In this document: in pieces, positions 52,129 to 64,000 of the stretch
Position numbering within the stretch: the first letter of the stretch is position 1
How the letters are laid out: each line of letters opens with the position of its first letter
DNA from: Deltaproteobacteria bacterium
GTDB taxonomy: Bacteria > Myxococcota_A > UBA9160 > SZUA-336
NCBI GenBank assembly: GCA_029261895.1
Contig: JAJDAK010000067.1
Span: 12,541-76,540, forward strand
Direction of reading: 5' to 3'
DNA: 64,000 bases
Position numbers and translations under genes: made by a program
Notes under the pieces: generated by a model
Told to the model about the DNA's origin: nothing
Databases searched by the model: none
What the model saw: only the letters and a program-made list of their open reading frames with translations

Positions 52129-55004
52129 GTGTTAAACAGAATGGGTTGAAGCGCCTGACCCGTGTAGGAAAGTGGATTATTGGCGAGTTCTTCGGGTGTA
52201 CCCTGCATCAGAATATCGCCGCCTTTGTCGCCACCTTCCGGTCCGAGATCGATGATGTGGTCGGCGGTCTTGATGACATCGAGATTATGCTCGATCACGA
52301 CGACGGTATTGCCGCGGTCCACGAGCTTGTTCAAAACCTCAAGTAGCTTTTCCACATCGGCGAAATGCAGACCGGTCGTGGGCTCATCGAGAATGTAAAG
52401 CGTGCGTCCTGTAGAGCGCTTGGAAAGTTCCTTTGCCAGCTTGATGCGTTGCGCCTCTCCTCCCGACAATGTGGTGGCTTGTTGTCCCAGGTGGATGTAA
52501 CCCAATCCAACATCGTAGAGAGTCTGTAGACCGTTGCGAACGGACGGGATGTGCTCGAGAAACTCCAACCCCTCTTCCACCGTCATCTCCAACACATCTG
52601 AAATCGATTTGTTCTTGAATTTGATATCGAGTGTTTGTGGGTTGTAGCGTTTACCCAGGCATTCTTCGCAGGTGACGAATACATCGGGAAGAAAGTGCAT
52701 CTCAATGCGTAGGATGCCATCGCCCTGGCATGCTTCGCAGCGTCCGCCTTTGACATTGAAGCTGAAGCGACCGGGTTTGTAACCACGGATACGGGCCTCA
52801 GGCAATTGGGTGAAGACCTCGCGGATCGGCGTGAAGATCCCGGTGTAGGTCGCGGGATTCGAGCGTGAGGTACGACCGATAGGGGATTGGTTTACGTCGA
52901 TGACTTTGTCGATGTGTTTCAGACCGTCGATTTTCTTGAAGTGACCGGGCCGCTCCTTCGAGCCGTAGAGCTCCTGTGCCAGCGCGCGATACAGGGTGTC
53001 GTTCACCAAGGTGGACTTTCCGCTGCCGGAAACACCTGTCACAACGGTGAAGACACCGAGGGGAAAACGGGCGGTGACGTCGCGTAGATTGTTTTCCCCG
53101 GCGCCTACCAAGGTGATGAATTTATCGGAACCCGGGCGGCGTTTCTCAGGGATCGGAATCGAGCGTCGGCCGCTGAGAAATGCGCCGGTGAGAGATTCTT
53201 TGACGTCGCAGATCTCTTCGGCCGTGCCTTGGGCGACCACTTCGCCACCGTGTCGACCTGCGCCGGGCCCGAGATCGATTACATGGTCTGAGGCGCGCAT
53301 GGTCTCTTCATCGTGTTCGACCACGAGAACGGTGTTCCCGGTATCGCGCAGCGAAAACAAGGTCTTCAGCAAGCGCGCATTATCGCGCGCATGCAGTCCG
53401 ATCGAGGGTTCATCCAAGATATAGAGTACGCCGACCAAACCCGAGCCGACTTGGGTGGCGAGTCGGATGCGCTGCGCCTCGCCGCCGGAAAGGGTTCCAG
53501 CGGTCCGACTCAAAGACAAGTACACCAGACCGACGTTGGCGAGAAAACTCAGGCGCTCCCGAATTTCGCGCAGGATGCGTCCCGCGATCGCTTCGTCCTG
53601 CGTGCCGAGCTTAATGTTCTCAAAAAAATCGAGCGCATGAGCGACGGTCATTTCGCTGATCTCGTGAATGCGTTGGTTCGATACGAGTACTGAACGTGCT
53701 TCCGGTCGAAGCCTTGCGCCCTCGCATTCGGAACATTCCGTCATGCTCATGAAGCGTCGCAGATCTTCACGCACCGTATCGCTGTCGGTTTCGCGATAGC
53801 GTCGATCCAAGTGTGCAACCACGCCGGGCCACGGGCGTTCGACGGTAAATTTTGCGCGTCGGCCAAACTTAAAGACCACATCGGTCTTGCCGGTCCCGTT
53901 CATGATCTTCTTGCGAATCGGGGTCGGCAGCTTCTTCCACGGCGTATCTATATCGAAATCAAGATGCGTAGCCAGCGAGCGCATTAACCCGGAGTAGTAC
54001 CGCGACGCGCGCCCGCGTGCTTTGAACGGTGCGATCGCGCCGTCTTTGATCGACGCTTCGGGATCGCCAATGAGGAGATCGGGATCAAAGAAGTCGCGGG
54101 TGCCCAAGCCTGCGCATTCAGCACATGCGCCATGTGGATTGTTGAAACTGAACATCCGCGGATTGATCTCGGGGTAGCTCGCACCACAATCCACACACGC
54201 GGCGCGTTCGGAGAACAGCATCTCGCGCTTGCCTGGACCGATGTCGATTTTTGCGAAACCCTCGCTGGTCTGTAGTGCGGTCTCGATGGAATCCGCCAGC
54301 CGCTTCTCAACGTCGGGCTTCACCACAATGCGGTCTACCACGAGGTCGATATTGTGTCGCTTCTTACGATCCAGTGCAGGAACTTCATCCAGCTCGTAAA
54401 GTTTGCCGTCAACGATGACGCGAACGAAACCCTGTTTAGCAAACTCGCGAAACTCTTTGCGGTATTCGCCCTTTCGGTCCCGCACGACCGGCGAAAGAAT
54501 TTGAATCTTCGTCGACTGCGGGAGACTGAGGACTTGGTCCACCATCTGCTGCACGGTCTGCGCCTGGATGGGGTTATCGCATTCAATGCAATGTGGGATT
54601 CCAATTCTTGCATAGAGCAAGCGCAGGTAGTCGTAGATTTCCGTGACGGTACCGACCGTCGAACGAGGGTTGCGGCTGGTGGTCTTCTGCTCGATCGAAA
54701 TCGCAGGCGATAGACCCTCGATGGAATCGACGTCAGGCTTTCCCATCTGTTCGAGAAATTGACGCGCGTATGCGGAGAGACTTTCCACGTAGCGCCGCTG
54801 CCCTTCGGCATAGATCGTGTCGAACGCGAGCGACGACTTGCCAGAGCCAGAAAGCCCGGTGATGACCACGAGCTGATCGCGCGGAATGCGTAGATCGATG
54901 TCTTTGAGATTGTGCTCGCGTGCGCCGCGGACGTGGATCTCGCTCGGGCCGCTCGTTACTCGGGGCGCTGGGCGCTTCGGCTGTTTTTGGACAGTTCTCG
55001 ACAT
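52125..55004 (-). CDS. uvrA: Excinuclease ABC subunit A
   Basis: [56 protein letters not shown]. Two ABC modules and zinc fingers are present. Confidence 0.95.
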   Translation of the reverse strand: MSRTVQKQPKRPAPRVTSGPSEIHVRGAREHNLKDIDLRIPRDQLVVITGLSGSGKSSLAFDTIYAEGQRRYVESLSAYARQFLEQMGKPDVDSIEGLSPAISIEQKTTSRNPRSTVGTVTEIYDYLRLLYARIGIPHCIECDNPIQAQTVQQMVDQVLSLPQSTKIQILSPVVRDRKGEYRKEFREFAKQGFVRVIVDGKLYELDEVPALDRKKRHNIDLVVDRIVVKPDVEKRLADSIETALQTSEGFAKIDIGPGKREMLFSERAACVDCGASYPEINPRMFSFNNPHGACAECAGLGTRDFFDPDLLIGDPEASIKDGAIAPFKARGRASRYYSGLMRSLATHLDFDIDTPWKKLPTPIRKKIMNGTGKTDVVFKFGRRAKFTVERPWPGVVAHLDRRYRETDSDTVREDLRRFMSMTECSECEGARLRPEARSVLVSNQRIHEISEMTVAHALDFFENIKLGTQDEAIAGRILREIRERLSFLANVGLVYLSLSRTAGTLSGGEAQRIRLATQVGSGLVGVLYILDEPSIGLHARDNARLLKTLFSLRDTGNTVLVVEHDEETMRASDHVIDLGPGAGRHGGEVVAQGTAEEICDVKESLTGAFLSGRRSIPIPEKRRPGSDKFITLVGAGENNLRDVTARFPLGVFTVVTGVSGSGKSTLVNDTLYRALAQELYGSKERPGHFKKIDGLKHIDKVIDVNQSPIGRTSRSNPATYTGIFTPIREVFTQLPEARIRGYKPGRFSFNVKGGRCEACQGDGILRIEMHFLPDVFVTCEECLGKRYNPQTLDIKFKNKSISDVLEMTVEEGLEFLEHIPSVRNGLQTLYDVGLGYIHLGQQATTLSGGEAQRIKLAKELSKRSTGRTLYILDEPTTGLHFADVEKLLEVLNKLVDRGNTVVVIEHNLDVIKTADHIIDLGPEGGDKGGDILMQGTPEELANNPLSYTGQALQPILFNT

Positions 55005-55900
55005 AGACGGATCGCTTCCACCATCGATGATGCATCCGCCTGCCCCTGGCCTGCGATATCGAACGCGGTGCCGTGATCAACACTCGTGCGTACAAAAGGG
55101 AGCCCGAGCGTCACATTCACGGCCCGGCCAAACGCGTGCACTTTGAGCGGGGCGAGTGCTTGGTCATGATACATACCGAGTACTACATCAAACTCGCCAC
55201 CCACTGCACGTGAAAACACGCTATCGCCCGAAAGAGGGCCGTAAGCGTCGATGCCCTTGGCTCGCGCGGCTTCGACGGCGGGACCAATGACGGTGGATTC
55301 CTCGTTCCCGAAGCGCCCCCCTTCTCCCGCGTGAGGATTTAGGCCGCAGACCGCGATGCGTGGTGAACCGAGTCCGAAAAGCTGGTGCAGCCCACGGTCG
55401 AGGACTTCGAGCACATCAATGAGACCCCCCTTGTTCAATAGGTCAGGAACCTCGCGGAGTGCGCAATGAATCGTCGCCAATGCGACGCGCAGCGAACCGC
55501 CGACCAGAAGCATCACGGGTTGTTCGACATCGGCGGCCTCCGCGAGCAATTCGGTATGGCCTGGGTACGCGAAGCCTGCTTGGCTCAAAATCTCTTTGGA
55601 AATCGGTCCGGTCACCATGCCGTCGATTTCCCCTTTCATGCAGTCATGGGCCGCGGCTTGAACCGCTGCCACGGTACCGGCTGCGGCGCGTGAATCCGGA
55701 CGACCCGGTTCTACCGCGGCGGAAGCATGCGGCCGCAATTCAACACCGCTCGGCAGCTCGAGATAGCGCGCCAAGCTCGTAATGTCGCCGTAGAGGCGAA
55801 GCTCGGCGGGGTCGGCGCCGGCGTCACGAAGTACCGCAGCGACGATCTCTGGACCAACGCCGGCGGGGTCACCAAGAGTCACGCCCAATCGACGGCTCAT
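54956..55900 (-). CDS. pdxA: 4-hydroxythreonine-4-phosphate dehydrogenase. The start is trimmed to [18 protein letters not shown].
   Basis: [13 protein letters not shown] is the PdxA N-terminal motif. It overlaps the surA-like stop. Confidence 0.8.
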   Translation of the reverse strand: MSRRLGVTLGDPAGVGPEIVAAVLRDAGADPAELRLYGDITSLARYLELPSGVELRPHASAAVEPGRPDSRAAAGTVAAVQAAAHDCMKGEIDGMVTGPISKEILSQAGFAYPGHTELLAEAADVEQPVMLLVGGSLRVALATIHCALREVPDLLNKGGLIDVLEVLDRGLHQLFGLGSPRIAVCGLNPHAGEGGRFGNEESTVIGPAVEAARAKGIDAYGPLSGDSVFSRAVGGEFDVVLGMYHDQALAPLKVHAFGRAVNVTLGLPFVRTSVDHGTAFDIAGQGQADASSMVEAIRLCRELSKNSRSAQRPE

Positions 55901-56859
55901 TGGAGTGTGGGGTCCACGATCTCGATGTGCTGGCTCTCGCGCAGATTGGTCAGCCACTTCGTGAACTCGGGAAGCGTCTTACGTTCGGTGAGTTCAGCGC
56001 GGATCTGGTCCGCGACTTGCGGCAGCGTGACCTTGGATGGGTCGAAGCGCTCGACCATCTGAAAGATGTTGAGTCCATGCGCGGTTTCCAACAGCGAAGT
56101 GCGCTCACCGGGTTCGAGCGCGGCCACCGCGAAAGCGATCTGCGGCGCGAGGTCGCCTTCTGTGAAATCGCTCATGCCGCCCTGCTGTGCCGAGGGTGCT
56201 GCTGAATATTGCCGCGCGACCACTGGGAAGGGCGCGCCGTCGTCAAGCGCCTTCTCAATTTTCTGGGCTTCAACCATCAGCAGTTTCTTATCGGCATCCG
56301 TAACTTCCGCTGGCCACGGCAATAGTATGTGCCGCATGCGAATCCGCATCCCGGTGAGAACGTCCCCGCCATAACGCTGGTTGTAGAGTTCTTCGACCTC
56401 GGTATCGGTGACAGTTACGCGGCTCTGCACGGACGATGAAATAACTTTCATCCGAGTCAACTGTGTGCCCAATTGTTTTCGATAGACGGGGCGACGGAGG
56501 CCTTGGCGCTCCGCTGCCGCGTAGATCTCTTCCGGATCGATGCCTTCATCGCCTGCGATCCCCGCAACAGCAGCATCGATCTCTTCTTCGCTTGCGGCGA
56601 GGTCGAAGCGCTTGGCAATCTTCTGAATCAACTTTTCGTCGATCAACCCCTGCAGTGCCTCGCGACGAATCGTTCGCATGGCGTCGGGCGGGAGTGAGCC
56701 GTGCTGCGCCTCGACGCGTTCCTGCAACACAACCGTCGCTTGGACCAGCTCGGAATCAAGAATCACTTCTTTGTCCACCACGGCAACCACTGCGTCGATG
56801 ACATCTGCGCTCGCGAAATGCGGCAGCATGAGCAGTAGTGTGAGCAGGCAGTGCCTCAT
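55897..56859 (-). CDS. surA: SurA-like periplasmic chaperone and parvulin PPIase. The start is trimmed to the signal peptide MRHCLLTLLLMLP.
   Basis: A SurA N-domain is followed by a parvulin domain, MRHILLPW...FSEVA...GG.SDF..G. It sits upstream of pdxA as in the classic surA-pdxA arrangement. Confidence 0.7.
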   Translation of the reverse strand: MRHCLLTLLLMLPHFASADVIDAVVAVVDKEVILDSELVQATVVLQERVEAQHGSLPPDAMRTIRREALQGLIDEKLIQKIAKRFDLAASEEEIDAAVAGIAGDEGIDPEEIYAAAERQGLRRPVYRKQLGTQLTRMKVISSSVQSRVTVTDTEVEELYNQRYGGDVLTGMRIRMRHILLPWPAEVTDADKKLLMVEAQKIEKALDDGAPFPVVARQYSAAPSAQQGGMSDFTEGDLAPQIAFAVAALEPGERTSLLETAHGLNIFQMVERFDPSKVTLPQVADQIRAELTERKTLPEFTKWLTNLRESQHIEIVDPTLQ

Positions 56860-57734
56860 CGCAGGGTCTCCAGCAGCGGTTCGTTGATGCGGATGTTTGA
56901 AACGCGACGTAGATTTCGAAACCAATCGCGTCGTAGTTCCGCCAGTTGTTTCTGTTCTACCTCGAGCAAAATGTCGTCTCGGACCTCTTCAAAGTCAGGT
57001 TCCTTCGGAGGACTTCGTGACTCTACGCGGAAGATATGAAATCCGTAGCCTGATTCGACCACATCTGAGTGTTCCCCGACCTTCGAATCGAATGCGATCT
57101 CAAAAACCTCAGGCATCTCCCCCGATGCAAAAGCCGGTAAAAGTCCCCCCAACTTCGCTTCGGGTGCAATGCTGTGCTCCTGTGCCAAAGTCGCGAAATC
57201 TCCTCCCTGTTCTAATTCGGTGGCCAAATGCTTGGCTTTAGCTCGATCCTCGACGACGATCTGCCTAACGCGAATCTGTTCGGGACGGCGGAAACGGTCG
57301 CGGTTTTCCTCAAAGTACAAAACCAACACGCTTTCTGAGACGTGAATCCGACCGGCTAAGTCCACCAAAGACGTCCGTTCCAGGCGCATTTCGTTGCGCA
57401 CCATCTCGCGGAAATCCGGATCACTGGCATCGAATTTTTCACCGTGAACCCGGGTGATTCGAGCATCTACCTGCTCATCCGCGATCTCGATTCCCAGTTG
57501 TTCAGCCCTTGTCAGTACCACGAGCTCTGTGACGAGACGATTGAGTTCCTGATTCAACACGTCTTCGCGCTCGAGGCCCTCCTGCTCTTCGAGCCGATTC
57601 TCAATACGCTCTTCAAGCGTGGCCAACACCACCTGACGACCGTTTACATCCGCGACCCAGTTCTGATCCGCTACCTGACGACACGCGACGAAGATAATCA
57701 GACCCACGATCAGTTTCCGTGAATGTTTACTCAT
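56856..57734 (-). CDS. Parvulin-type PPIase (SurA/PpiD-like paralog)
   Basis: An N-terminal transmembrane or signal segment. The parvulin domain reads RVRQIVVEDRAKAKHLATELEQGGDFATLAQEHSIAPEAKLGGLL. Confidence 0.65.
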   Translation of the reverse strand: MSKHSRKLIVGLIIFVACRQVADQNWVADVNGRQVVLATLEERIENRLEEQEGLEREDVLNQELNRLVTELVVLTRAEQLGIEIADEQVDARITRVHGEKFDASDPDFREMVRNEMRLERTSLVDLAGRIHVSESVLVLYFEENRDRFRRPEQIRVRQIVVEDRAKAKHLATELEQGGDFATLAQEHSIAPEAKLGGLLPAFASGEMPEVFEIAFDSKVGEHSDVVESGYGFHIFRVESRSPPKEPDFEEVRDDILLEVEQKQLAELRRDWFRNLRRVSNIRINEPLLETLR

Positions 57735-60700
57735 GCGCTCTCCGCGATCGCCGTACCGGCGTTCGATTTTGCTTCTGGGCCGAGTAGGTCGAGCAATCCA
57801 TGTGCTTCAGGAAGTGCATCTTCCAGCGTACGAAGTGTGAGAAAGATACGGTGGTCCGGTGTGACACGTAACGGTGTTCCCGGTTTGTTGAGTAGACCCA
57901 CGAGGATGTCGGGACGAATTTTGGTGGATTCGGTTACATGCAAAACCAGTTCTCCATTTGCGGTTTCGATGGATTCGATGCCCAGTCGACGACAGCCGAT
58001 CTTCAGTCGAATGACCTCGAGCAGATTTTTCGCAGCCTCCGGAAGCGCACCGTAGCGATCCATGAGGTCATCTCGAATTTCATACAATTCTTCGTCACTT
58101 CTTGCGGACGATAGCTGCTTATAGAGCACCAGACGTTGATTTACGTCAGCGACATAGTTGTCAGGCAGTAGCGCGGAGATCGGCAAGCGGATCTCCGGCT
58201 CAATCGCATCTTCGAGGTTCTGACCCTGTAATTCAGCGATCGCCTGATCGAGCATCTCAACGTAAAGGTCATATCCCACCGACGCGATATGACCCGATTG
58301 TTCGCCGCCTAAAACATTTCCGGCGCCGCGAATCTCGAGATCCTCACTCGCCAGCCGAAATCCCGCGCCCAGCTCAGAAAGGTCTTGAATCGCTTCGACA
58401 CGGCGCTGTGCGTCATGTGACAAATTACCGTGCGGCGGCAGGAAGAGGTACGCATATGCGCGCCGGTCACTGCGCCCGACGCGTCCGCGTAGCTGGTACA
58501 ACTGCGCAAGTCCGAAGAGGTCCGAGCGGTGTATGAGAATTGTGTTTGCGTTCGGAATATCGAGACCTGACTCAATGATCGCCGTACAAACGAGTATGTT
58601 GTATTCGCGATCTACGAATTTAAGCATGACGTCTTCGAGCTTCTGACTCGACATCTGACCGTGTCCGATCGTGATCTTGGCCTCGGGTACCACACCGGAA
58701 AGGTACTCAGCGAACTCTTCGATGGTTTCAACGCGATTGTGAACGGCGAATATCTGCCCATCCCGTCGTAGTTCCCGTAGGATCGCTTCGCGTACGACGT
58801 CGTCCGAGAGCCTGCAGACTTGAGTTCGAATCGCCGTACGATCCGGCGGAGGCGTCATCATCACCGATAGATCACGGAGTCCCGTCATCGACATATGCAA
58901 CGTACGCGGAATCGGCGTCGCAGAGAGTGTGAGCACATCCACGAGCTTCCTCATCTGTTTGAGCTTCTCTTTATGTGTAACGCCGAATCGATGTTCCTCA
59001 TCGACGATCACCATGCCCAAATTTCGAAACTGAATATCCTTGGATAGCAGCCTATGTGTTCCCACAACGACGTCGACTCGACCGGAAGCCAGACCTTCGC
59101 GTATCTCTCTGGCTTCTTTTGCCGATGTGTAACGCGACAGCCCCACGATATTGACCGCGGTGTTTGCGAAACGGTCTTTCAAAGTTTGCATATGTTGCTG
59201 GCAAAGAATCGTTGTCGGTACCAGAAAGGCGACCTGCCGCCCCCCCGCCGTTACGAGATAGGTTGCGCGGCACGCAATTTCCGTCTTGCCGAATCCAACA
59301 TCACCACAGACCAAGCGATCCATCGGACGTTCGCCCTGCAGGTCGGCCAAAACTTCGTCCGCCGCACGTCGCTGGTCGGGTGTGTCCTCGTAAGGGAACG
59401 CAGCTTCGAATTCCTCGTAGCCCCGATCGGGCGCGGGATAACGATGACCGCGCAACAATTGTCGTGCGGCGGTAACGGCTAAGAGTTCTTCGGCCATCTC
59501 TTTGACCGCGTGCTTGACCCGCTGTTTCGTGCGCGTCCAGGTCTGGCTTCCGAGTCGATCGAGTTTCGCATTTTCGGCATCGGCGCCTGAATAACGTTGC
59601 ACCTGTCCGAGGCGTGAAATGGGCAGGTAGAGTTTGTCACCCTTGTCATAGAGCAGCAGCAGAAACTCTTGGTCGACCCCCCCGACGCTGAGTTTCGCGA
59701 GTCCCCCGTACTGCCCAATGCCGTGTTCCGCGTGAACTAAGGTGTCGCTGTCCTGTATCTGCGCCAGTCGATCAATCGCGAGGCCGCTTCGGGTACGCCG
59801 TGGGGGTCGGCGCTGAATCCGCGCGCCGAAGACATCACGTTCAGTGACGACGACGAGCTCATCCATCGGAAGCACGAAACCTTCGCTGAGGCTGGCGACA
59901 ACAATCTGTGGAAGAGGTTCGTCGGTCGCGTCTACCCAACCGTCGCCACCGGCCTCGCGGCGGACAATCGGGACATCGTGCCCGTAGTCGCCGAGAATGT
60001 CGTTCATGCGTTCGGCGGCGGAAAGCGACGGGCAGACAACGCGTACGCGTTGCCCGCTGTCGGACCATTCGGTGAGGCGCCTGGACAGCGGTTCAAGGGC
60101 GCGCCCGGAACCGCGCGCTTCTTTGACCTCGCGGCGAAGGTCACGGTGATCCCCCGTGTTGATCTTGAGCTGATCCTCATCCAGGCGTGACTCCATCAGC
60201 CCAAGTCGATCCATCAGTAGCGGCCGTCGCTTCCACACGTGCTCGCGTATCTCTTCGTCGGTGAGATAGAGTTCATTCGGATCGGAAACCAAGCGGTCCT
60301 GATGCTTGGCCTGCCCGTGTCCTTGATACACTTCTTCGAGATAGGCTTCTGCGCGGGATAGACCCGCTTCAGGGTCGTCGACTATGATAAGTGTTGACTC
60401 GGGTAAGTAGTCGAAGAGTGTTTCGAAGCCCTCGTGGAACAAGGTTTCGACGTTTTCGATACCGGATGGAAAATGCCGCCGAGCAAGCGCTTCGTTCAAC
60501 GCGTAAATGTTTGATTCGGGCACGCCTTTGTCGCGACCCATGTTGCGCACGCGGCGGAGCAAATCGTCCAGGTCACCGGGTAGTCGATAGGAACGCGGCG
60601 GTATCGCGACGATGTTGCGCAGCTCTTCGTCTGAACGCTGATTGGTGGTGTCGAAGTAACGGATCGAGCTCAGGTCTTCGAAATCGAACTCCAAACGTAC

Positions 60701-61270
60701 GGCACGATCGAGTTGGGGTGGGAAGAGATCGAGAATGTTCCCACGCGCCGCGACCTCGCCACGCTCCTCGACAATGCTCGTGCGGTGATAACCGGCAGAG
60801 ACCAGTACATCGAGCAAGGCATCACGATCGACCGTCATGCCGCGCTCAAGATGCGTTACACGGCCCCGTAGTTCGGTGCGGGGTAGCACGCGCCGCAACA
60901 ATGCCGACCAGGGCGTGGTCACGGTCAGGTTCGAACCGTCGTCCGCGCTGAGCAATCGATAGAGCAGGCTCATGCGTCGAGCCTCGAGCTCCGGATGTGA
61001 GGAAAATCGATCGAAAGGCGGCGTGTCGTGGCGTGGGAAGAACAGCATTTCCGCATCCGGAGCGAAGGTCTGCATATCCGCCGCGAAACTCTCAGCCTTG
61101 GTGGAAGTCGGCGTGATCACCAGGATGGGTCCGGTATGCGTGGCGCGGATCCGGGCGAGTAGAAATGCAGACGCAGATCCACGGGTCTGCTGCAGGCGCA
61201 GTGGCTTTTCGCGCTCCAAACAGCGCTCGACTAATCCTCGTAGCTGCAGCTTTTCCCCCTCCCCGGACAT
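57731..61270 (-). CDS. mfd: Transcription-repair coupling factor
   Basis: An 1179-aa protein with a UvrB-homology N-terminus and a DEAD/helicase core (DVGFGKTEIA, the DEEH box VIVDEEHRFG). A TRG motif region is present. Confidence 0.95.
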   Translation of the reverse strand: MSGEGEKLQLRGLVERCLEREKPLRLQQTRGSASAFLLARIRATHTGPILVITPTSTKAESFAADMQTFAPDAEMLFFPRHDTPPFDRFSSHPELEARRMSLLYRLLSADDGSNLTVTTPWSALLRRVLPRTELRGRVTHLERGMTVDRDALLDVLVSAGYHRTSIVEERGEVAARGNILDLFPPQLDRAVRLEFDFEDLSSIRYFDTTNQRSDEELRNIVAIPPRSYRLPGDLDDLLRRVRNMGRDKGVPESNIYALNEALARRHFPSGIENVETLFHEGFETLFDYLPESTLIIVDDPEAGLSRAEAYLEEVYQGHGQAKHQDRLVSDPNELYLTDEEIREHVWKRRPLLMDRLGLMESRLDEDQLKINTGDHRDLRREVKEARGSGRALEPLSRRLTEWSDSGQRVRVVCPSLSAAERMNDILGDYGHDVPIVRREAGGDGWVDATDEPLPQIVVASLSEGFVLPMDELVVVTERDVFGARIQRRPPRRTRSGLAIDRLAQIQDSDTLVHAEHGIGQYGGLAKLSVGGVDQEFLLLLYDKGDKLYLPISRLGQVQRYSGADAENAKLDRLGSQTWTRTKQRVKHAVKEMAEELLAVTAARQLLRGHRYPAPDRGYEEFEAAFPYEDTPDQRRAADEVLADLQGERPMDRLVCGDVGFGKTEIACRATYLVTAGGRQVAFLVPTTILCQQHMQTLKDRFANTAVNIVGLSRYTSAKEAREIREGLASGRVDVVVGTHRLLSKDIQFRNLGMVIVDEEHRFGVTHKEKLKQMRKLVDVLTLSATPIPRTLHMSMTGLRDLSVMMTPPPDRTAIRTQVCRLSDDVVREAILRELRRDGQIFAVHNRVETIEEFAEYLSGVVPEAKITIGHGQMSSQKLEDVMLKFVDREYNILVCTAIIESGLDIPNANTILIHRSDLFGLAQLYQLRGRVGRSDRRAYAYLFLPPHGNLSHDAQRRVEAIQDLSELGAGFRLASEDLEIRGAGNVLGGEQSGHIASVGYDLYVEMLDQAIAELQGQNLEDAIEPEIRLPISALLPDNYVADVNQRLVLYKQLSSARSDEELYEIRDDLMDRYGALPEAAKNLLEVIRLKIGCRRLGIESIETANGELVLHVTESTKIRPDILVGLLNKPGTPLRVTPDHRIFLTLRTLEDALPEAHGLLDLLGPEAKSNAGTAIAESA

Positions 61271-61415
61271 AGAAAGGCCCTGCCCCCATATGGGGACCGG
61301 GTCTTCATAAATAGAGCAACCAGTATAAGAAGGGACGGGTCTCCTCGCATGCGGCGAGACCCCGAGCTATAATGCGCCGCCCCCGACCCCCGGGGATCGT
61401 TTTGGAGCGTTTCCG

Positions 61416-62054
61416 ATGACCCATGAATTCCTCGGCCGCAAAGTCGGCATGACACAGATCTTCGACGAGGCCGGCAACCGCATTCCGGTGACCGTCGTGC
61501 AGGCCGGTCCATGCACCGTTGTTCAGAAAAAGACTGATGAAACAGACGGTTACACGGCTGTCCAGCTCGGATTCGAGGACAAGAAGGAAAAGCACACGTC
61601 CAAGGGCGAGCAGGGTCATTTCGCAAAAGCCAGCGTGGTGCCCAAGCGCCACCTCTACGAGATTCGGATCAGCGCCGAAGATGCGGAGGGTTTGGAGCTC
61701 GGCCAGGAGCTGGCGTGCGGTCCGATATTCGAGGAAGTGAAGAAGGTCGATGTAACGGGCAAGAGCAAAGGCCGCGGTTTTACGGGTGTGATCAAGCGCT
61801 ACGGCTTCAAAATGGGCACCGCCAGCCACGGCACGCATGAGTTCTTCCGTCATGGCGGCGCGATGTCCGCGGGTTCCTATCCAGGGCGCGTACTTCCGGG
61901 CAAGAAAATGGCCGGCCAGCATGGCAATTGGAATGTCACGACCTCGGGTCTCCGCTTGGTAAGGGTCGATGCAGAGAAGAATCTGCTCTTTATCCGCGGC
62001 GCGGTACCAGGCGCAAACAACGGCCTGGTGCGTGTGCGCCCCTCCAGCCGCTAG
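61416..62054 (+). CDS. rplC: 50S ribosomal protein L3, located outside an S10 operon context
   Basis: [30 protein letters not shown] ... [38 protein letters not shown] is collinear with L3. A TATAAT box lies at about 61365. Confidence 0.85.
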   Translation: MTHEFLGRKVGMTQIFDEAGNRIPVTVVQAGPCTVVQKKTDETDGYTAVQLGFEDKKEKHTSKGEQGHFAKASVVPKRHLYEIRISAEDAEGLELGQELACGPIFEEVKKVDVTGKSKGRGFTGVIKRYGFKMGTASHGTHEFFRHGGAMSAGSYPGRVLPGKKMAGQHGNWNVTTSGLRLVRVDAEKNLLFIRGAVPGANNGLVRVRPSSR

Positions 62055-62059
62055 GGCGC

Positions 62060-63761
<1,702 letters not shown>

Positions 63762-63766
63762 TTAAC

Positions 63767-64000
63767 TCAGCGCCCTTCGCGAACGAAGAGTTTGGAGTGA
63801 CCGATGAGCCCTTCGCCCGGAAGCAGGACTTTGCGTTCGGGATCTGCAACCGCTTTGCCCAACACCCAGGCGTCGCTGCCACAGGCGTGAAGCGCTTCGA
63901 GCGCTTTATCGGTATCGCCGGGTGCGACGGTGACGGTGAGTCCGATTCCCATATTGAAAACCGTGCGCATCTCTGCGCGCTCGATGCCGCCGATCTTCTC
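63767..64000 (-). CDS. purM: Phosphoribosylformylglycinamidine cyclo-ligase, C-terminal fragment. The 5' end lies beyond the window.
   Basis: VFNMGIGLTVTVAPGDTDKALEALHACGSDAWVLG matches the PurM C-terminal domain. Confidence 0.7.
   Translation of the reverse strand, partial: EKIGGIERAEMRTVFNMGIGLTVTVAPGDTDKALEALHACGSDAWVLGKAVADPERKVLLPGEGLIGHSKLFVREGR

Overview
This is a high-GC bacterial chromosomal window that contains the replication origin region. Genes from about 22.4 to 34.8 kb lie on the minus strand (rpmH, rnpA, yidD, yidC, jag, rsmG, parA, parB, bactofilin, then atpF', atpF, atpH, atpA, atpG, atpD, atpC). Genes from about 34.9 to 47.4 kb lie mostly on the plus strand (dnaA, dnaN, gyrB, gyrA, hemL, atpZ, atpI, atpB, atpE). 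This strand flip, together with DnaA boxes and an AT-rich stretch between dnaA and dnaN, marks the origin. The most unusual content is the first ~22 kb, which looks like an ABC-transporter-dependent capsule-type polysaccharide locus not matching any named pathway. It carries four paralogs of a GT-B-like protein family that resembles TagF or KpsC/KpsS, one of them with an extra C-terminal domain. It also carries a KpsM-like ABC-2 permease that is divergently transcribed from a KpsT-like ATPase with degenerate motifs. A TagD-like cytidylyltransferase is fused to a SAM methyltransferase. A NeuB-like nonulosonic acid synthase and a NeuA-like CMP-sugar synthetase sit next to a transketolase-like enzyme, an aldehyde dehydrogenase and a short-chain dehydrogenase, with methyltransferases, a PhyH-like dioxygenase and a sulfotransferase-like protein nearby. 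Other notable points: a parA-parB-bactofilin operon runs directly into the atp genes, a STAS protein and an MCP-domain protein occupy the dnaN-gyrB gap where recF usually sits, parS-like sites lie upstream of parA, a 19-bp perfect inverted repeat lies downstream of rsmG, and a lone rplC sits next to rlmE. No rRNA, tRNA, CRISPR array or mobile element was found. Many long antisense ORFs are high-GC artefacts. All functional calls rest on by-eye motif recognition only.
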